Origin: Chlorokybus atmophyticus
Lineage: Eukaryota; Plantae; Mesostigma and Chlorokybus algae
Reading direction: 5' to 3'
Length of the DNA stretch: 64,000 nt
Assembly (NCBI GenBank): GCA_009103225.1
Contig: RHPI01000385.1
Location: 81,962 to 145,961 of the forward strand
This document shows, piece by piece, positions 39,651 through 52,189 of this stretch. How positions within the stretch are numbered: the stretch's first letter is position 1; each line of letters begins with the position of its first letter. The position numbers were made by a program, and so were the translations under genes. The notes under the pieces are model-generated. The model was not told the origin of the DNA. It was given only the letters and a program-made list of their open reading frames with translations, and did no database searches.

Positions 39651-40717
39651 ACCGGCAAAGCGAGGGAAGGCAAGGTCACGGCCAGGGAAGGACACGCAAG
39701 CCTCCAACGACAGCGGCAACTACCGCCACCGCCACCGCCCGCGCCAAACCCTCGCCTACGTGGCACTCACACAAAGCTCCGTCGCAGTGTGTTGCCTTTT
39801 GTTGCCCTTTTGGCCCCGCGAGCATAGCACAGGCTCGCGCACTGCGAACTCCCAACCGGAACCCACACCGGGGCATTCTTTTGTACAGAGCACAAGGTTC
39901 AAGCTGACATGCATGCTGACTGCTGCTGCGCTGAGTTGCTGCTGCGCTGAGTTGCTGCTGGTGGTAGGCGTCATTCACCTTGGCACAGCAAGGGCACGTC
40001 ACAGTGCACGTGTGAGGCTAGTTCCCGGGTGGTGCAGCTGTGGGCTGCGTGGTGCATGCTGCGCTGGATGAGAAAACAGGTCTTTCGTGACCAGCCACAG
40101 GTTTGGCTGTCAATACTTGCTGTCGAATGCTGCTTCAATGCCACTTCCCTGTCAAATATCGGCGCATGTAATGGCCTGCATACTCTCTGGCGGATCTCTG
40201 GAAGCGTTCGTGGCAGTGCAGGCTTCCCACGTTCCGAATGTGTACATGTACATTCCTGCTGTCAGCTTCTAATGCCAAGTTTACCGTGACAGCGTGTTTG
40301 AGTCGCTGTGAAGTCTCCTTTCAGCTGCAATGCACTTGTAATCGTCGTTGGAGCCTGCCCAGAAGAGAGTTCTGGCTTGCAACAAGCGTCGGATAACACA
40401 TGACTTGCTGCCAACAGTTGAACTAGTCAGGCCTTCACCTAGTGGCCCGGGGCGAGAGGCTCCTCGCGTGCAGTGTTGTCAAAGTGCTTGGCGCATCCTG
40501 AAAGGTAGCCTCAAGCGCATTAATCGAGTAGCCTCAATGCCAGATGAGTAACTTGTTTGCTACGTACTGAGAGTAACACAGCAACCTCTGTCCCAAGGCA
40601 GTAGCAGGCCAAACAGTTTGCTCAGCAGGTTGCATACCCCTGCTGGCATTGATGTGCCCGCATGCATGTACATATATATGCAGCTTAGTTCAAACACTGC
40701 CAATCACAGGAGTGGCC

Positions 40718-43700
40718 ATGCTGCACTGGATGGGAGGCTTCCGCAAAAAGGCCAAGGAGGTGCGGAGACAGTGTGTGGCATGTTCGTGCTTGTGTGGGTC
40801 TGCGCACATATGTGATGGATGCTGCGCGAGGGGAGGGGGGGGGAAGAGGAGGGGGCGGGGGGCTGCGTGCAAGGTTGTTTTGTCGTGATCCGAGAGCGCA
40901 CTGCTTGCATGGCATGCAAGCACACATGCAACGCGCACCAACACATGCACATCCCGGGGCAGGCGGTGTTGTGTGTGTTGCGTGCGTACATGCGTGCGTG
41001 CGTGTATGTGTGAGGACGCTGAGTATGAGGCAGTTTGTAAGTGACTGACGCGGTACCTGCCCATGTATATATTTGAACAGCCGTGGTGACTTGTGTGCGT
41101 GTGTGGTGTGCTGTCATACAGTATAGTGTAGCAGCGCACGTGCAAACACAGGGCACAGCAACGGTTGGCTTGTCTGTCCACGCCTCCTGGATCCTCGCTG
41201 CTAGCATCATGATGGTAACAATGACAAAATTGCAGAAGCAGACAGTGCAAGAGAAGCAGCGCAAGTTCTTTTCACAGAAACGCCAATCTGGAGGAATCAG
41301 TGGCAACCAAGTGACAGTTGGCAGAGCGTCTCTACCCAAGCTTGGAAAGTTGGCGACTTCGCTAGATGTTGCTGCAATTCAAGCCTCTCTGCGCAAGTTG
41401 CCAGGCAGGTACCCAGCAACTCCGGTTGTAAATCGCAAGCAGAAGCGTGTGGAACGACCTACTACACCAGGTAACTGTCTTGGCATTGGCTGTTTACTTG
41501 GCTTGATTGGCATGACACAATCGTCCCTTCGTCTGCAGCATCTCCTCCTCGCAATGAGTCAATGGAAAAAATTAAGCCGTGGGAGCAGCAGTATGATGCG
41601 CATCAGAGCCTGGAGGCAAATGACACAGACAATGCCTGCAGACCTGCCTCAAACAGGGTTGAGCCAAGGTAACTTTGATGTATTCCTTCACAACCATCAT
41701 TAACCTTCCAGAAGACTGCACACCAGTTGCCTGCAAAACAGCAGCTACCAGACAATTGTCCGATGCACACAGACGCACCAGGATGCCATTGGGGATTGTG
41801 TCAATCCCCAAGTTTGAGTTGCCGCATCAGGATGACAGTGTTGGTGAACCAGTGCTTCAAGCAGCAACGAAACCAACAATTGCTCAGCGTGGGAGGTCAA
41901 CAGCCCAGAACAACCTGCGCACACACTTTCCTGCAGAGCGTACGCCAGTGCCAAAGCCAGCAAAACGAGGCTTCCCATTAGAACAACACCAAGGCTACAG
42001 AGGTCAGCAAAGTACTGTCTTTGTCATGAACATGTGCAGCCAGCCGGTTGTGGCATCACAGACTGTGGTTGAATCACCATAGGTACAGAAACATTGCCTG
42101 CCGTCTCTAACTGCAATGGATCTGTTTCAGAGACAGCAAGAGACGTCTTCTCCATACTTGAAGCCAGTGCTGCAGCAGAACGCTCACAGCGCCAGACTGC
42201 TCAAAGTCTGGAGCGCCCAATTGGCCTACATACCGCGTACGACGGTTACCCAAAAGAGCGGACCAGCAACCAGCCTGAGCGAGTGTTGCAAACAGCTGCT
42301 GACCATGCATCCAGGTACACGGCATCGGACACAAGCTGAACCGCACTGCAGGTGCTGCTGTTGGTAATGCACATTATTCACACCGCTCACAACTGTACAT
42401 GCAGCCAACCAGTGTCACGGCTAGCATCGCACTACCAGCCATCCCTACAAGAGTCGAGATACGCAGGTCATGTCCAGGTAGCCACATGGAACACTGTTGA
42501 GCATGCATGGCATATGCCATCTGTATGCATACTCCAGTCGTCACCCCTGCTGCGTAGAGGGTGGCGACTGGAATGGTAACCGTTTGTGAGCATGCATCCA
42601 GCAACTCAAATCGTGTACGCAGAATGCGCCTCCGCAAAGTGCTTTGCGGCAAGACTACGTCTCAGCAGGCAGTGACTTCCAGCCTGTCAAAAGCTATAGG
42701 TTTCACAACGATACTGAGGCATCACACATGCCAGGAACGCCGCTGACCTGGCAGCTGAAGCCCTCTAGCAGAAGCCCAAATCTCAGCGACCACCGACGGC
42801 ACGCGTTCATGTACCAGGAGCACACACATGATGATAGCAACCTGCACATTGAGCAGCTGACACAACGGGACCACGAAGACAACACTGCATCACCAGCGCA
42901 GTCAGAATTGATATCGTGCGCGTTCGGTGATAGAGATCGTTGGCAATTATTGTACACAACTGCTCCACTTCTGTCTTCTATGCATTGGTCTCCAGCTGGC
43001 CACTCGCCAAGTGCGAGACAATTTGGCGAAGCGGAGAGACATGTGGAGTCTGTGTACATGCCTGAAGCGCTGCTGTCCCCTGTACGGTGGTCTCCATCGT
43101 CTGCGCATCCGCTGCACACGAGAGTTGATGATGATCTGGTAGCACCACTTGACAGACGGTTAGCACATACTGAGGTCAACAACTTGGAGCACGATGCGCT
43201 GCACCAGCTCAACTGCAGGTACCCTACCCATGAGGACAAAGCAGGTCATGGACGGTCAGCACTTGCACACCGCTCGCAGCACACATATGGCGGGAATTCC
43301 TTTCCACGGGGAACCATTGATGCTCGGATCAGGATTGGCCAAGAATCACCCAACATGACACAACTTGATGACTACATGGAGACCCGTGTGCAGTCGCCGT
43401 ACTTGCCTAAAATGTTGCAGAATGCTAGTCAGCGCGCTTCATTGGTGCCCATCTCACCTCGCATGGTACATCACGCTGACTTCCTGTCACCCTTCAGTAC
43501 ACTTGACAAGCTGGACGACGAGCAAGATTTCGGAGTACCAGGTGACGGGTGCACTGCATGTCCTGAAGGCGATGCCTTTCTGCCATCAGCTATGCGAGTG
43601 GACCTCTTAGCAGGTCGGACCCACGACGAACCATGGCAAAACAGTGCTGGCGTGATGAACCCCGCCATCAGACCTAATCTTGACTCCTTGACCCCCCGAG

Positions 43701-45577
43701 AACGCAAGGCCAGAAGTTACTCTACTGAGGCTGTTCTCGATGCGTTCAACAGCAAGGCAGTGGACTCAGAGACATTCTCTGGTACTGGCACGTCTGGTGC
43801 AGGCAACACGCTCCCGATGACATCAGTTGTTCTGCATCATGCAGCTGCTGGCATGCAGGAGCCCGCCATCAGCCTTGGTCTCGACTCTCTAAGTCCCCAT
43901 GGGGGCCACGCCACAAGATACTCTACCGAGGCTGCATTGGATGTCTTCAACAGCAGAGTAGTGAACTTTGAGACCGGTGCTGGTACCACTTGTGTAGCCT
44001 CCAAGCTCGCAACAACGCCAATTCGTTTGCGTGGTACAGTACGCTCAAAGTCTTCAAGTCCGTCATGGACTCAGCTGTATGCACGCGACAACGCAAAGTT
44101 GGCAGTGAAATCAAGTGGACCCTCGCCATACTCGCCTTCACTTACTCACACAGAGCAAGCTGCTTCTTGTCCTGTGGCTGAGCCCGGCGTTTCTACTTTT
44201 TGGTATGAAGACCTGAGGGCAGATGACGATGACCAACCAGTCGAGAATCAAGCAGATGTTGAAACAACGGCACCAACCTGGCAGCCTGGCAGCCTATCAA
44301 CATTACTGAGACACCAACACCATGCGGCTCAAGCAGCACATCCAGATCTTGTGCGCGAGCTCATGCGCTCACCGGCTAAAAGCCAAGACCAGCACGTTCT
44401 CAAGCACTTCCACGCTGATCTCCAACCCGCGACGCTTCACTCTGGTTCATATCCCGCAAGTCCCTCATGGAGTCGGCTGTATGCTCACGACAGCTCAGGT
44501 CCGCCGGTGGCACAGAAGCGACCAGTGTCATATGCACCGTCATTTGCCAACACAGTACAACCAGCTGCGCACATACACGCTACCAGTGCACTTGATGGGG
44601 CTAAGTCGCGTAGAGTGCTGCTGGAAGACCTGTTGCAGGCTGACGACCAAGCACAGAATGACACTGGAGGCTATACAAGAGAGGTGTTTCAACCTGAACA
44701 ACTTGAGAGCTTTTCATACTTGCTACAATGCAACCCTGCTGCACCACACTTTGACACTGTCCAGGAGTCGCTACGCTCACCTCCCGCGTACATGCAAGTT
44801 GACTGCCAAGCTACCGTATCGCGTATTTGCAACGCCTTCACTGATGCCCAGACGTCACTCAAGTCGAGTGATGACACAGAGACACAAAAGAGCTTTCGCA
44901 TCCGACGGGGTCCATGGCTGCACACTGATAGGGGAGGTTTTGCAGAGAGCGCTCAATCCAAGCCTTCCATCACAGCACGCACTAGCCCAACAGCCAACCC
45001 AATGTTGCCCAACAACCTTCACCCTACAGCGCTGAAGGACAACAACATCAATGAGTACGGGACACACTTCCCATTGCAGAAGATGGCTGCAGTGGTCGCC
45101 AAACAGCATGCGAAAGTACTTCCTCCAACAGCACATCCTGCCAGCGAGCTGCCTGAAAAGCAGCAAAAAGTCGCCAAGGGAGCTGAGAAAGCTGTTTCTG
45201 AGCAACCTTCGACGCAACGGGACACACAGTCAACAACCACATCAAAACCACCAGGTGGCAAATTGGATGTGGTATTGACCGCAGAGCCTGCAGCTGCTGA
45301 GATTCTACTTGACGGCAGGCAAACGGACACGCCACAAGTAAATGCGCATGACGGACAGGTGCCACAACTGCAAGTTGACACGGCAAGCAGTGCTTGTATG
45401 CGCAATGCACAAGACGCAGCGCCCGTCAACAAGCCAGACAACACACGCTCGGACTGCGATCACCATGAGTTGCCACCGCACCTGACTCAAACCAGGGGCC
45501 AACGTGCTGTAGCATTAGCAAAAGCCGCATGTACAGAGTCAGCTGGTAGCAAGCAGACTGTTAATTCTGTATGTTGA
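40718..45577 (+). CDS. HEIP1/REDIC1 (C12orf40)-like meiotic crossover factor with a long low-complexity final exon
   Basis: Spliced N-terminus MLHWMGGFRKKAKE|KQTVQEKQRKFFSQKRQ...SLDVAAI matches the family signature MLQWMGGSRRK..KQKQYFEQ..SLD. The final ORF 42644-45577 is S/P/A/T-rich. Confidence 0.6.
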
Positions 45578-45831
45578 CCTTGCGAGGCAGCGGCCAACCA
45601 CTTGCCTCGTGGAAAGCATACCCCAGTGAGCAAGCACATGTTGTTAACTCAATCAATATCTGCATCTAGAGTCCCAGACTACAGCGCAGAGTACAGAAAA
45701 CTCTGCTATTCAGGTGGAGCGGAGTTATGTACAATTGAGCAATTGGTCTCAATTGGCTTGCGCAAACTGTGAACCTCTGAACAGAGGACCTGACTAGTGT
45801 ACATACAAAAGAGGGACGCATCGAATGCTCA

Positions 45832-47665
45832 TCACCCGGACCAGAACAACGCCTGATTCTCCACCAGCATGCTGAGCAGTGTCTTGCGTGGCCATGACTG
45901 CCACACCACAGGCAACTGTCTCAGTGGTTGCAGCATGTGAGCTCGCATTTTGGCTTTGTTGAGGACAGTACAAACCTCCTTATAAGGGATTCCCTTTTGC
46001 CGCAATGCCTGCTTAATCGCTGATGCCGTGACCCTCCCGGTGTCAATCCCCACTACGTCGTGCAGAATCTGAATAACATGCAATGGCTGATCAAGTTTGC
46101 ATAATGTAATTGTCAGGTGACAGCATGCAATGGTAGCAATACCGCTTTTTGCAAAATGGTATGGCCATTTATTACCATCTTCAACAGCATTGCATCATGC
46201 AACAGCTTGTGTAAGACAGTTGCGACCCGTACCTCTCTTGCGATACTCTCCTCGTCCTCTGGCGGTGTGTGCACAACCCCAAAGTCCTACATGTCACCAG
46301 CATAGCATGTAACTCGTTGTCTTACATGACAACCACCAATGCCAAGTCCTCACTCTCTTACCTCAGATACCTCAGAAGTGAAGTCAAACGGGTCCTCCTC
46401 CTCCTCCTCCTCGTTGTCGTCGCCCAGGAGTTTGCGCCCTGCGCCAACCTCATCCTGACTGATGCCGACGGCAGTGACACCTTCTTCATCAACATCGTCG
46501 AGGAACGGGTCGTTGTCGTCCGCACCAGCATAAAATGCTTTGTCCTCGACCAGATGATAGCCCGTATCGGAAGCACTCACATCATCCTCATCTTGGCGCG
46601 CACCCGGGTTGCCAAGCGATGGCCTTTCGGGCTCAACATCCTCGTCAAAGTAGATCTGTACAACAACCAGTAAATGTATCAGACTCCACAACACTACGCA
46701 CAACACCATACCAAACAGTATAACAAATACGCACCATGCCTCCATGCATGCACACTGCATGTACATGAAAAGGGTGTGCCATATTTTGATACTCTGGATC
46801 AACCTTAAGGCGCCCTGTTTGGTCATGTGCGACTGGCCTGATAGTGTTCGCTGCCGTCACCGTACTCGTCCAAGGCTTTCGAGTACAGGCTTTCAAGCTC
46901 CTCATCCTGCCACGCTCCACGCGGCTGAGGTGCCAGCCGGTCCCTCAGTGTCATGGGTGGTACAGGCAATCGATCCTCCTGCTTGGCATTGTTCTTTCTC
47001 TTCTGCTTGCGTGTTACCTGCAACATGTTCAGAATGCAAAAGTCATTTAATGCTTCATGCGCGTGGCGGTCAAGAGCCTCTTTCCCAAAATCATCTTCAG
47101 GTGCGCTGAATCAACCACACTAGGACAACTGTGCTGAGTTTGCAGTTCAGGAACACTCAAGACAATCAGTTATGCATGCATGCAGGCGTGTATATACATG
47201 CATACTGCAGTATATACACACCGCACACTCGTATCAGCAAACACTTGTGCACAGCTCTCTATAGTACAAGAGGTAACAATCAATCCAAATACGCAAATTA
47301 CCACAAGAACCACATTCAGCAGCCACATGCGCTCACCCCATTGCTCTCCTCCAAATCGTCCATTGCGTCGGGCACCCCGCTAGCACGCACCGAGAACACT
47401 ACTACCTTAGGGGGCACCATCCATCTCCTGTTGTTCTTCCTCATACTCCTCGCCGACATCGGTGACGACGTCACCGGTGTCGGCGCCCTCTTGCTGCTGG
47501 ACAGCATGAACACCTCCACCCTCTACACAGCACAACAGTCTCACTACAGTCACACACCATCAGAAAATAAGCAAGGTCTTGCCAAGACAGTGCAAATACC
47601 GTCGACAATAGTACAAGAGACACATGGTGTACCTGGCCGACTCCCATCGCCGCCGCCGCCGCCAT
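45832..47665 (-). CDS. Hypothetical acidic protein, probably plastid-targeted (multi-exon)
   Basis: MAAAAAMGVGQ|VEVFMLSSSKRAPTP..VVFSVRAS transit-like start; D/E-rich exon at 46375-46590; C-terminal IKQALRQKGIP..LLSMLVEN; canonical splice sites. Confidence 0.6.
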
Positions 47666-47808
47666 GTTGGCATGCACAGCGCTCTGCATGTGAGTGACAG
47701 CAGCAATGGTATGCTGACGCAAGGTCGGTTGTGCCGGTTCCGGATTTGAACAAATCAAAGTCGAAACAGGTCCACGGAACTAGGCTTTGCGAGATCGGGT
47801 TCGTATTT

Positions 47809-47821
47809 GGGTTAGGGTTAG
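47809..47821. promoter_or_regulatory. Telo-box-like (TTAGGG)2 in the DBP5 divergent promoter
   Basis: gggttagggttag 120 bp upstream of the DBP5 ATG; a similar ttagggttag lies at 28681-28690 upstream of RPA1. Confidence 0.35.
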
Positions 47822-47940
47822 CACTTGGTGGAACGTCGTGCATTTACTGTGGTGAGGCCGGACGAAGCGGCGGCGCTGGGGTGCCGTCGTGGTTGTGGTT
47901 GTAAGGGTGGTTGTTGGTTTAATTGTGCAGTTGAGTGGGG

Positions 47941-50836
47941 ATGGCTTCCTGGGCAGACAAGGCGGAGGAGTCTGAAGGGGACGAGCCGCTGCCGCCGCCT
48001 CCGCCTCCTGGGTTTGAGGACGTCCTGGCTGGGACGCATAAGCCTGATGAAGAAGCGCTGGCTCGTGAGGTATGGCGTTAACGATGAGGGTCGACGTCTG
48101 CCACGTTTAGTACTTGATGACGTGACGCACTTTGTTCATCTAGTCAATTGCAAGCTATGAATCGATTGTAGGAGCATCCACCTCTGCATGCATGTGTGCA
48201 ATCTTAGTATATACATGTCACACCGTATTTCAGTTGGTGTAATTGGTTATTGCTTTTGTATTCAGGTGGAGAGTTTGGGCGTCTCAGAAGATAAAGGAGC
48301 TGTAGATGAGCCCACCATGAACCTCCCTAGCGACAAGTTGAATCCCGACACAGAAACACCTGAGACGGAGATAAAGAAGGTGTCTATGCTATTGTATTTA
48401 TTGCCCCGGTAGCCCTCTATAGGGCGCCCAAGCAGTCTATGACTTCTGCCCTGCGTACTGGTTGTCATGCATGCCTGCTTGTGCTTCCCACAGTGCAAAC
48501 ATACACGTAGTTTCTGCTGCTTACTGTAGTGTCTCTGTCACGCATGGACTCTTGTGCAAATGCCTTGGCAGGGTTTGAGAGTTTTCTCTGCGTCTATACG
48601 TAGGTTTACGCCAATGACACACCATATACGTCCGCCAAGAGTTTTGAGGACCTGTCCTTGAGTGAGGAGTTGCTGAGGGGACTCTACTCGGAGATGAACT
48701 TTGAACGGCCGTCGCGGATCCAAGCGGATACCCTTCCTATGATTCTCAACCCTCCGTATGCAAACCTCATTGCACAGGTACAGTTATTTGGGGGTTTAGT
48801 CAAATGGCGGGTTGCATGCATGCTCCTGCAGCTTTGAATAACGCTACTTGAACACATGCAGGCGCACAATGGCAGCGGGAAGACCACATGCTTTGTGTTG
48901 GGCATGCTAAGTAGAGTGGACCCCAAGTTGAGGCAACCACAAGCACTGTGCATATGCCCGACACGTGAACTAGTCCTGCAGGTGCGATGCGCGTGCACAC
49001 GTTCCTGGCCCGTTGTTGTTTTGTAAACGTTGTGTGAGGCATTGCTGCACATGGTATGTTGGCAGTAGTAGCGAGCATTGTCAACCACTCATGTGCCTTG
49101 TCGCAGAACAGCGCCGTGTTGAGTAAGATGGGCAAATATACGGGCATCACCTGTCACATCACCGCAGATGATGACAGTTCCAGGCCATCCTACTCAAGGT
49201 CGGAAAAGATTGCGGATCAGATTGTGATTGGCACGCCGGGCAAGTTGAAAAACTGGATAACGAAAACCCGCACCCTCCCCACCAAATACATCAAAGTGTT
49301 GGTCTTTGACGAGGCTGATCAGATGATGGATCGTGTATGTATGAAGTAGATTGTGTACTCTTTGCTTGTTGCGTCTGCCGTGCACGCTTGCAACTCACAT
49401 CAAATGTATAAACAGGAGGGCTTTGCCGATGACTCGATACGAATGATGCGTGAGATCCAAAAGAACAGCAGCCAGTGCCAGGTAAATGCATATGCTGCTA
49501 TCTGCCTTTCTGGATGCCTAGCTTGTATGTCGCTGAACACCAATCTTTCCCGTCATTAGGTCTGCTGATGGACTCTTCTGCATCAGGTGTTGCTGTTCTC
49601 TGCTACATTCAATGATAAAGTCAAGAGCTTTGCGCTGCGGCATGTCCCAAATGCTAACAATGTGAGTCATATGCTCGCGTGTGCAGTTGCCTTTGTTTGC
49701 TCCTTGTTCACGGTGTCTGTGCAGGTGTTTGTACCCAAAGAAGACCTATCGCTGGATGTTATCAAGCAGTATAGAGTGGTAAGCCTTGCACCGTGTCCTT
49801 AGCGCATGTGCCATAACTTGCATATTACGGCTGCATGAGATTTGCCCTCAATTGAACTGGCTTGCCTGCTATTGCAGGTCTGCCCAACTCCACAAGCCAA
49901 GGGCGATGTTCTAAAGAACACCATCCTTCCCTTATGTGAAAATCTGGGCCAAACCATCATCTTTGTGCGAACACGAGAAAATGCACGACTGCTGCACAGA
50001 GAGTAAGCGAGCATAGTAGCCATGACCGTTCTCAGTCGGCAGAGTCTTAACAAACTGCATCATCAGGATGACAGCGGAAGGCCATAAAGTTACTTCAATA
50101 GAGGGAGGGATGCAATTTGAGGACAGGGATCGTGTGGTTAATGAGTTCAGGGCAGGCACCACCAAGGTATTGCATGCTAAGCACAGTAAGTTCTGAGCCT
50201 GCTTTGGGTAAGTACTGTCGGGCGAGCCTGCAGCTTACTTCTATCTGTACTTGTCACTTGGTCAGATTCTCATCTCAACAGATGTGTTGGCTCGCGGCTT
50301 TGACCAAGCCCAGGTACGTGCATTCTGCCAGCATTAGCACTCGCACTGTTACTCGTGCGAATTGTCATAACATGATTGGGGACACTGCTCAGGTCACCCT
50401 TGTCATCAACTATGATGTCCCAGTGGATCGGAACTTCCAACATCCAGCGTACGAGACGTATCTTCATAGGATAGGTCGCAGTGGGCGCTTCGGGCGCAAA
50501 GGTATGTTAACGAACCCAGCATGCATGCGAGATACCTGTGCAGTTCAAAGTCAAAGTCAGCTTGACGGACTAAGGGGTGCTGTGCAGGTGCGGCGTTTAA
50601 TTTGGTGACAGGCAACAAAGAAGTTGCCATCCTCAACCAAATCGAACAATACTTTCAACACGCCATTCCCGAGGTAAGCGGTTGACAGCATGGGTACTTG
50701 CTTCGTTGTGAGCAAGAGTCCGCTGCCGAAGTGAGCTAGCACGCATGGTTCCAACCATGCCCCGTACTTTATGCAGGTTCCATTTGGGGACGATGATGCA
50801 TTTGAGCGTGTTTTGAAAGAAGCTGGACTGGCATAG
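47941..50836 (+). CDS. DBP5: DEAD-box RNA helicase DDX19/DBP5 (RH38/LOS4-like), mRNA export
   Basis: [32 protein letters not shown]|[52 protein letters not shown] at 50834. Confidence 0.94.
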
Positions 50837-51559
50837 TTCTTGCTATGGTTGAGTTGTTGTTCCCTGAGGTGCATGCGCCTGCTTCATTCTGTGTTGCAGT
50901 GGCTGCACGGTAACGCACGTTGGTTGAGCTGCTTGACCTTCAAGTCCAACCAATGTCATCACAGTCAATATGTCAGTCGTGCATGGCTTGTGGTGGTTGC
51001 TGCTGTAATCAATCACTTGCTACCACCGTCCCCTCTGCCTTTCTGATGCCTTGCATGCTCTCAACATGAGTTTTTGCATACAAAGCATGCGATGTGGTGC
51101 ATGTGAACATGCAGTCATGCACTGCAACAGTCAGCAAGCAGGCAGTCACAGCCATTGTATTGCACCATCGGGCTATACAATTCAACTCTACTTATCTTCA
51201 CTACTGCCCCACCTCGTTCATGCATCATGTTATATGCATGATGTTGGCGGTTATATTTACTTACCCATAACTTGGTTGCGGTAGTTCAGCATGCAGCGGT
51301 GTCAACAATAAGCGAGACTTCCTCTCCCTCCGCTCCATCCCTCTCCATGTCCCTCTCCGCCCTCTTTTCCCCACTTGTCGTCACTCGCTGCTCCGCCATT
51401 GAAATGCTTGTCCAGCTGCTGAAGGCCCGGGGCAGGCCCGAGAGGGGCCCCTCTGCCCAACAAACTGTATCATCAGTGACATAAGCGTTCGCTATCAGCG
51501 CTGCAACCATAGCTTAACTATGCCCAACGGCACACCACAAACACACTACCCATCATGCT

Positions 51560-52050
51560 AAGCGAGCGATGTGTCTGCCTCAGTATTTGGAAGGCCTTGA
51601 GCCACAGGACCCCATCCCGGTACCGCTGCCACCGCCGCAACCCCACGCTCCTATATCGTTAGCGCATGTGCCCGTTGTAAGGCGCATGCCACACGCTGAA
51701 GGCTGATGCGGAAGAAGCCCCTCAGACGTTGTGGCTCCGCCCCTCGCACTGTGGCGCACACAAACACAGCACATGCTTGAAGTCCGCTCCCCGCGTCCTC
51801 TGCGTCTCCATCGCGAGCGGGTAGAAGGTGTCTCCTGGCGGATAATCACCATACTTGCGATGCTTCGCCGCTTCCGGCATATGCACAGCCGCACGAGCTC
51901 GATCCCCACACACCGTGACTATGACGTCCAGCAGCAGCTTCCTGTCGCGGCCTGGCACGGATGCCACCAGGTCCAACCGTGCGGCCCTGCCCCTCTGCCC
52001 CGCCCTTCTGCCCCGCTCCTCCGCCTCGCCCCTTTCCTCGCGCCTCAACT
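51560..52050 (-). mobile_element. 5'-truncated, degenerate non-LTR retrotransposon fragment (CRE-like restriction-like endonuclease C-terminus)
   Basis: RLDLVASVPGRDRKLLLDVIVT..EAAKHRKYGD..FYPLAMET then QRVACALQRAHA matches the PD..D..K..KY..F.P.A.ET..QR.S.ALQR.NA pattern of RLE-clade LINEs. Confidence 0.75.
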
Positions 52051-52189
52051 GTCATGTGCGACAGCTGCGTGACTGGCTGCACTGCATCAGTGCCGTTGCT
52101 GGCAGTTGGATGGTGGGGTTGGTGTCTGTATGTCCTTTGCACGGGCACGTGTAATGAATGGCCTGCTCCCCATGCAGTGCCAATGCGTG

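Noticed and set aside
9903-50836. Functional cluster of RNA-metabolism genes (DDX49, PUS1, RPA1, DBP5)
   Set aside because: They are interspersed with unrelated genes, and the grouping is plausible by chance without synteny or co-expression data.
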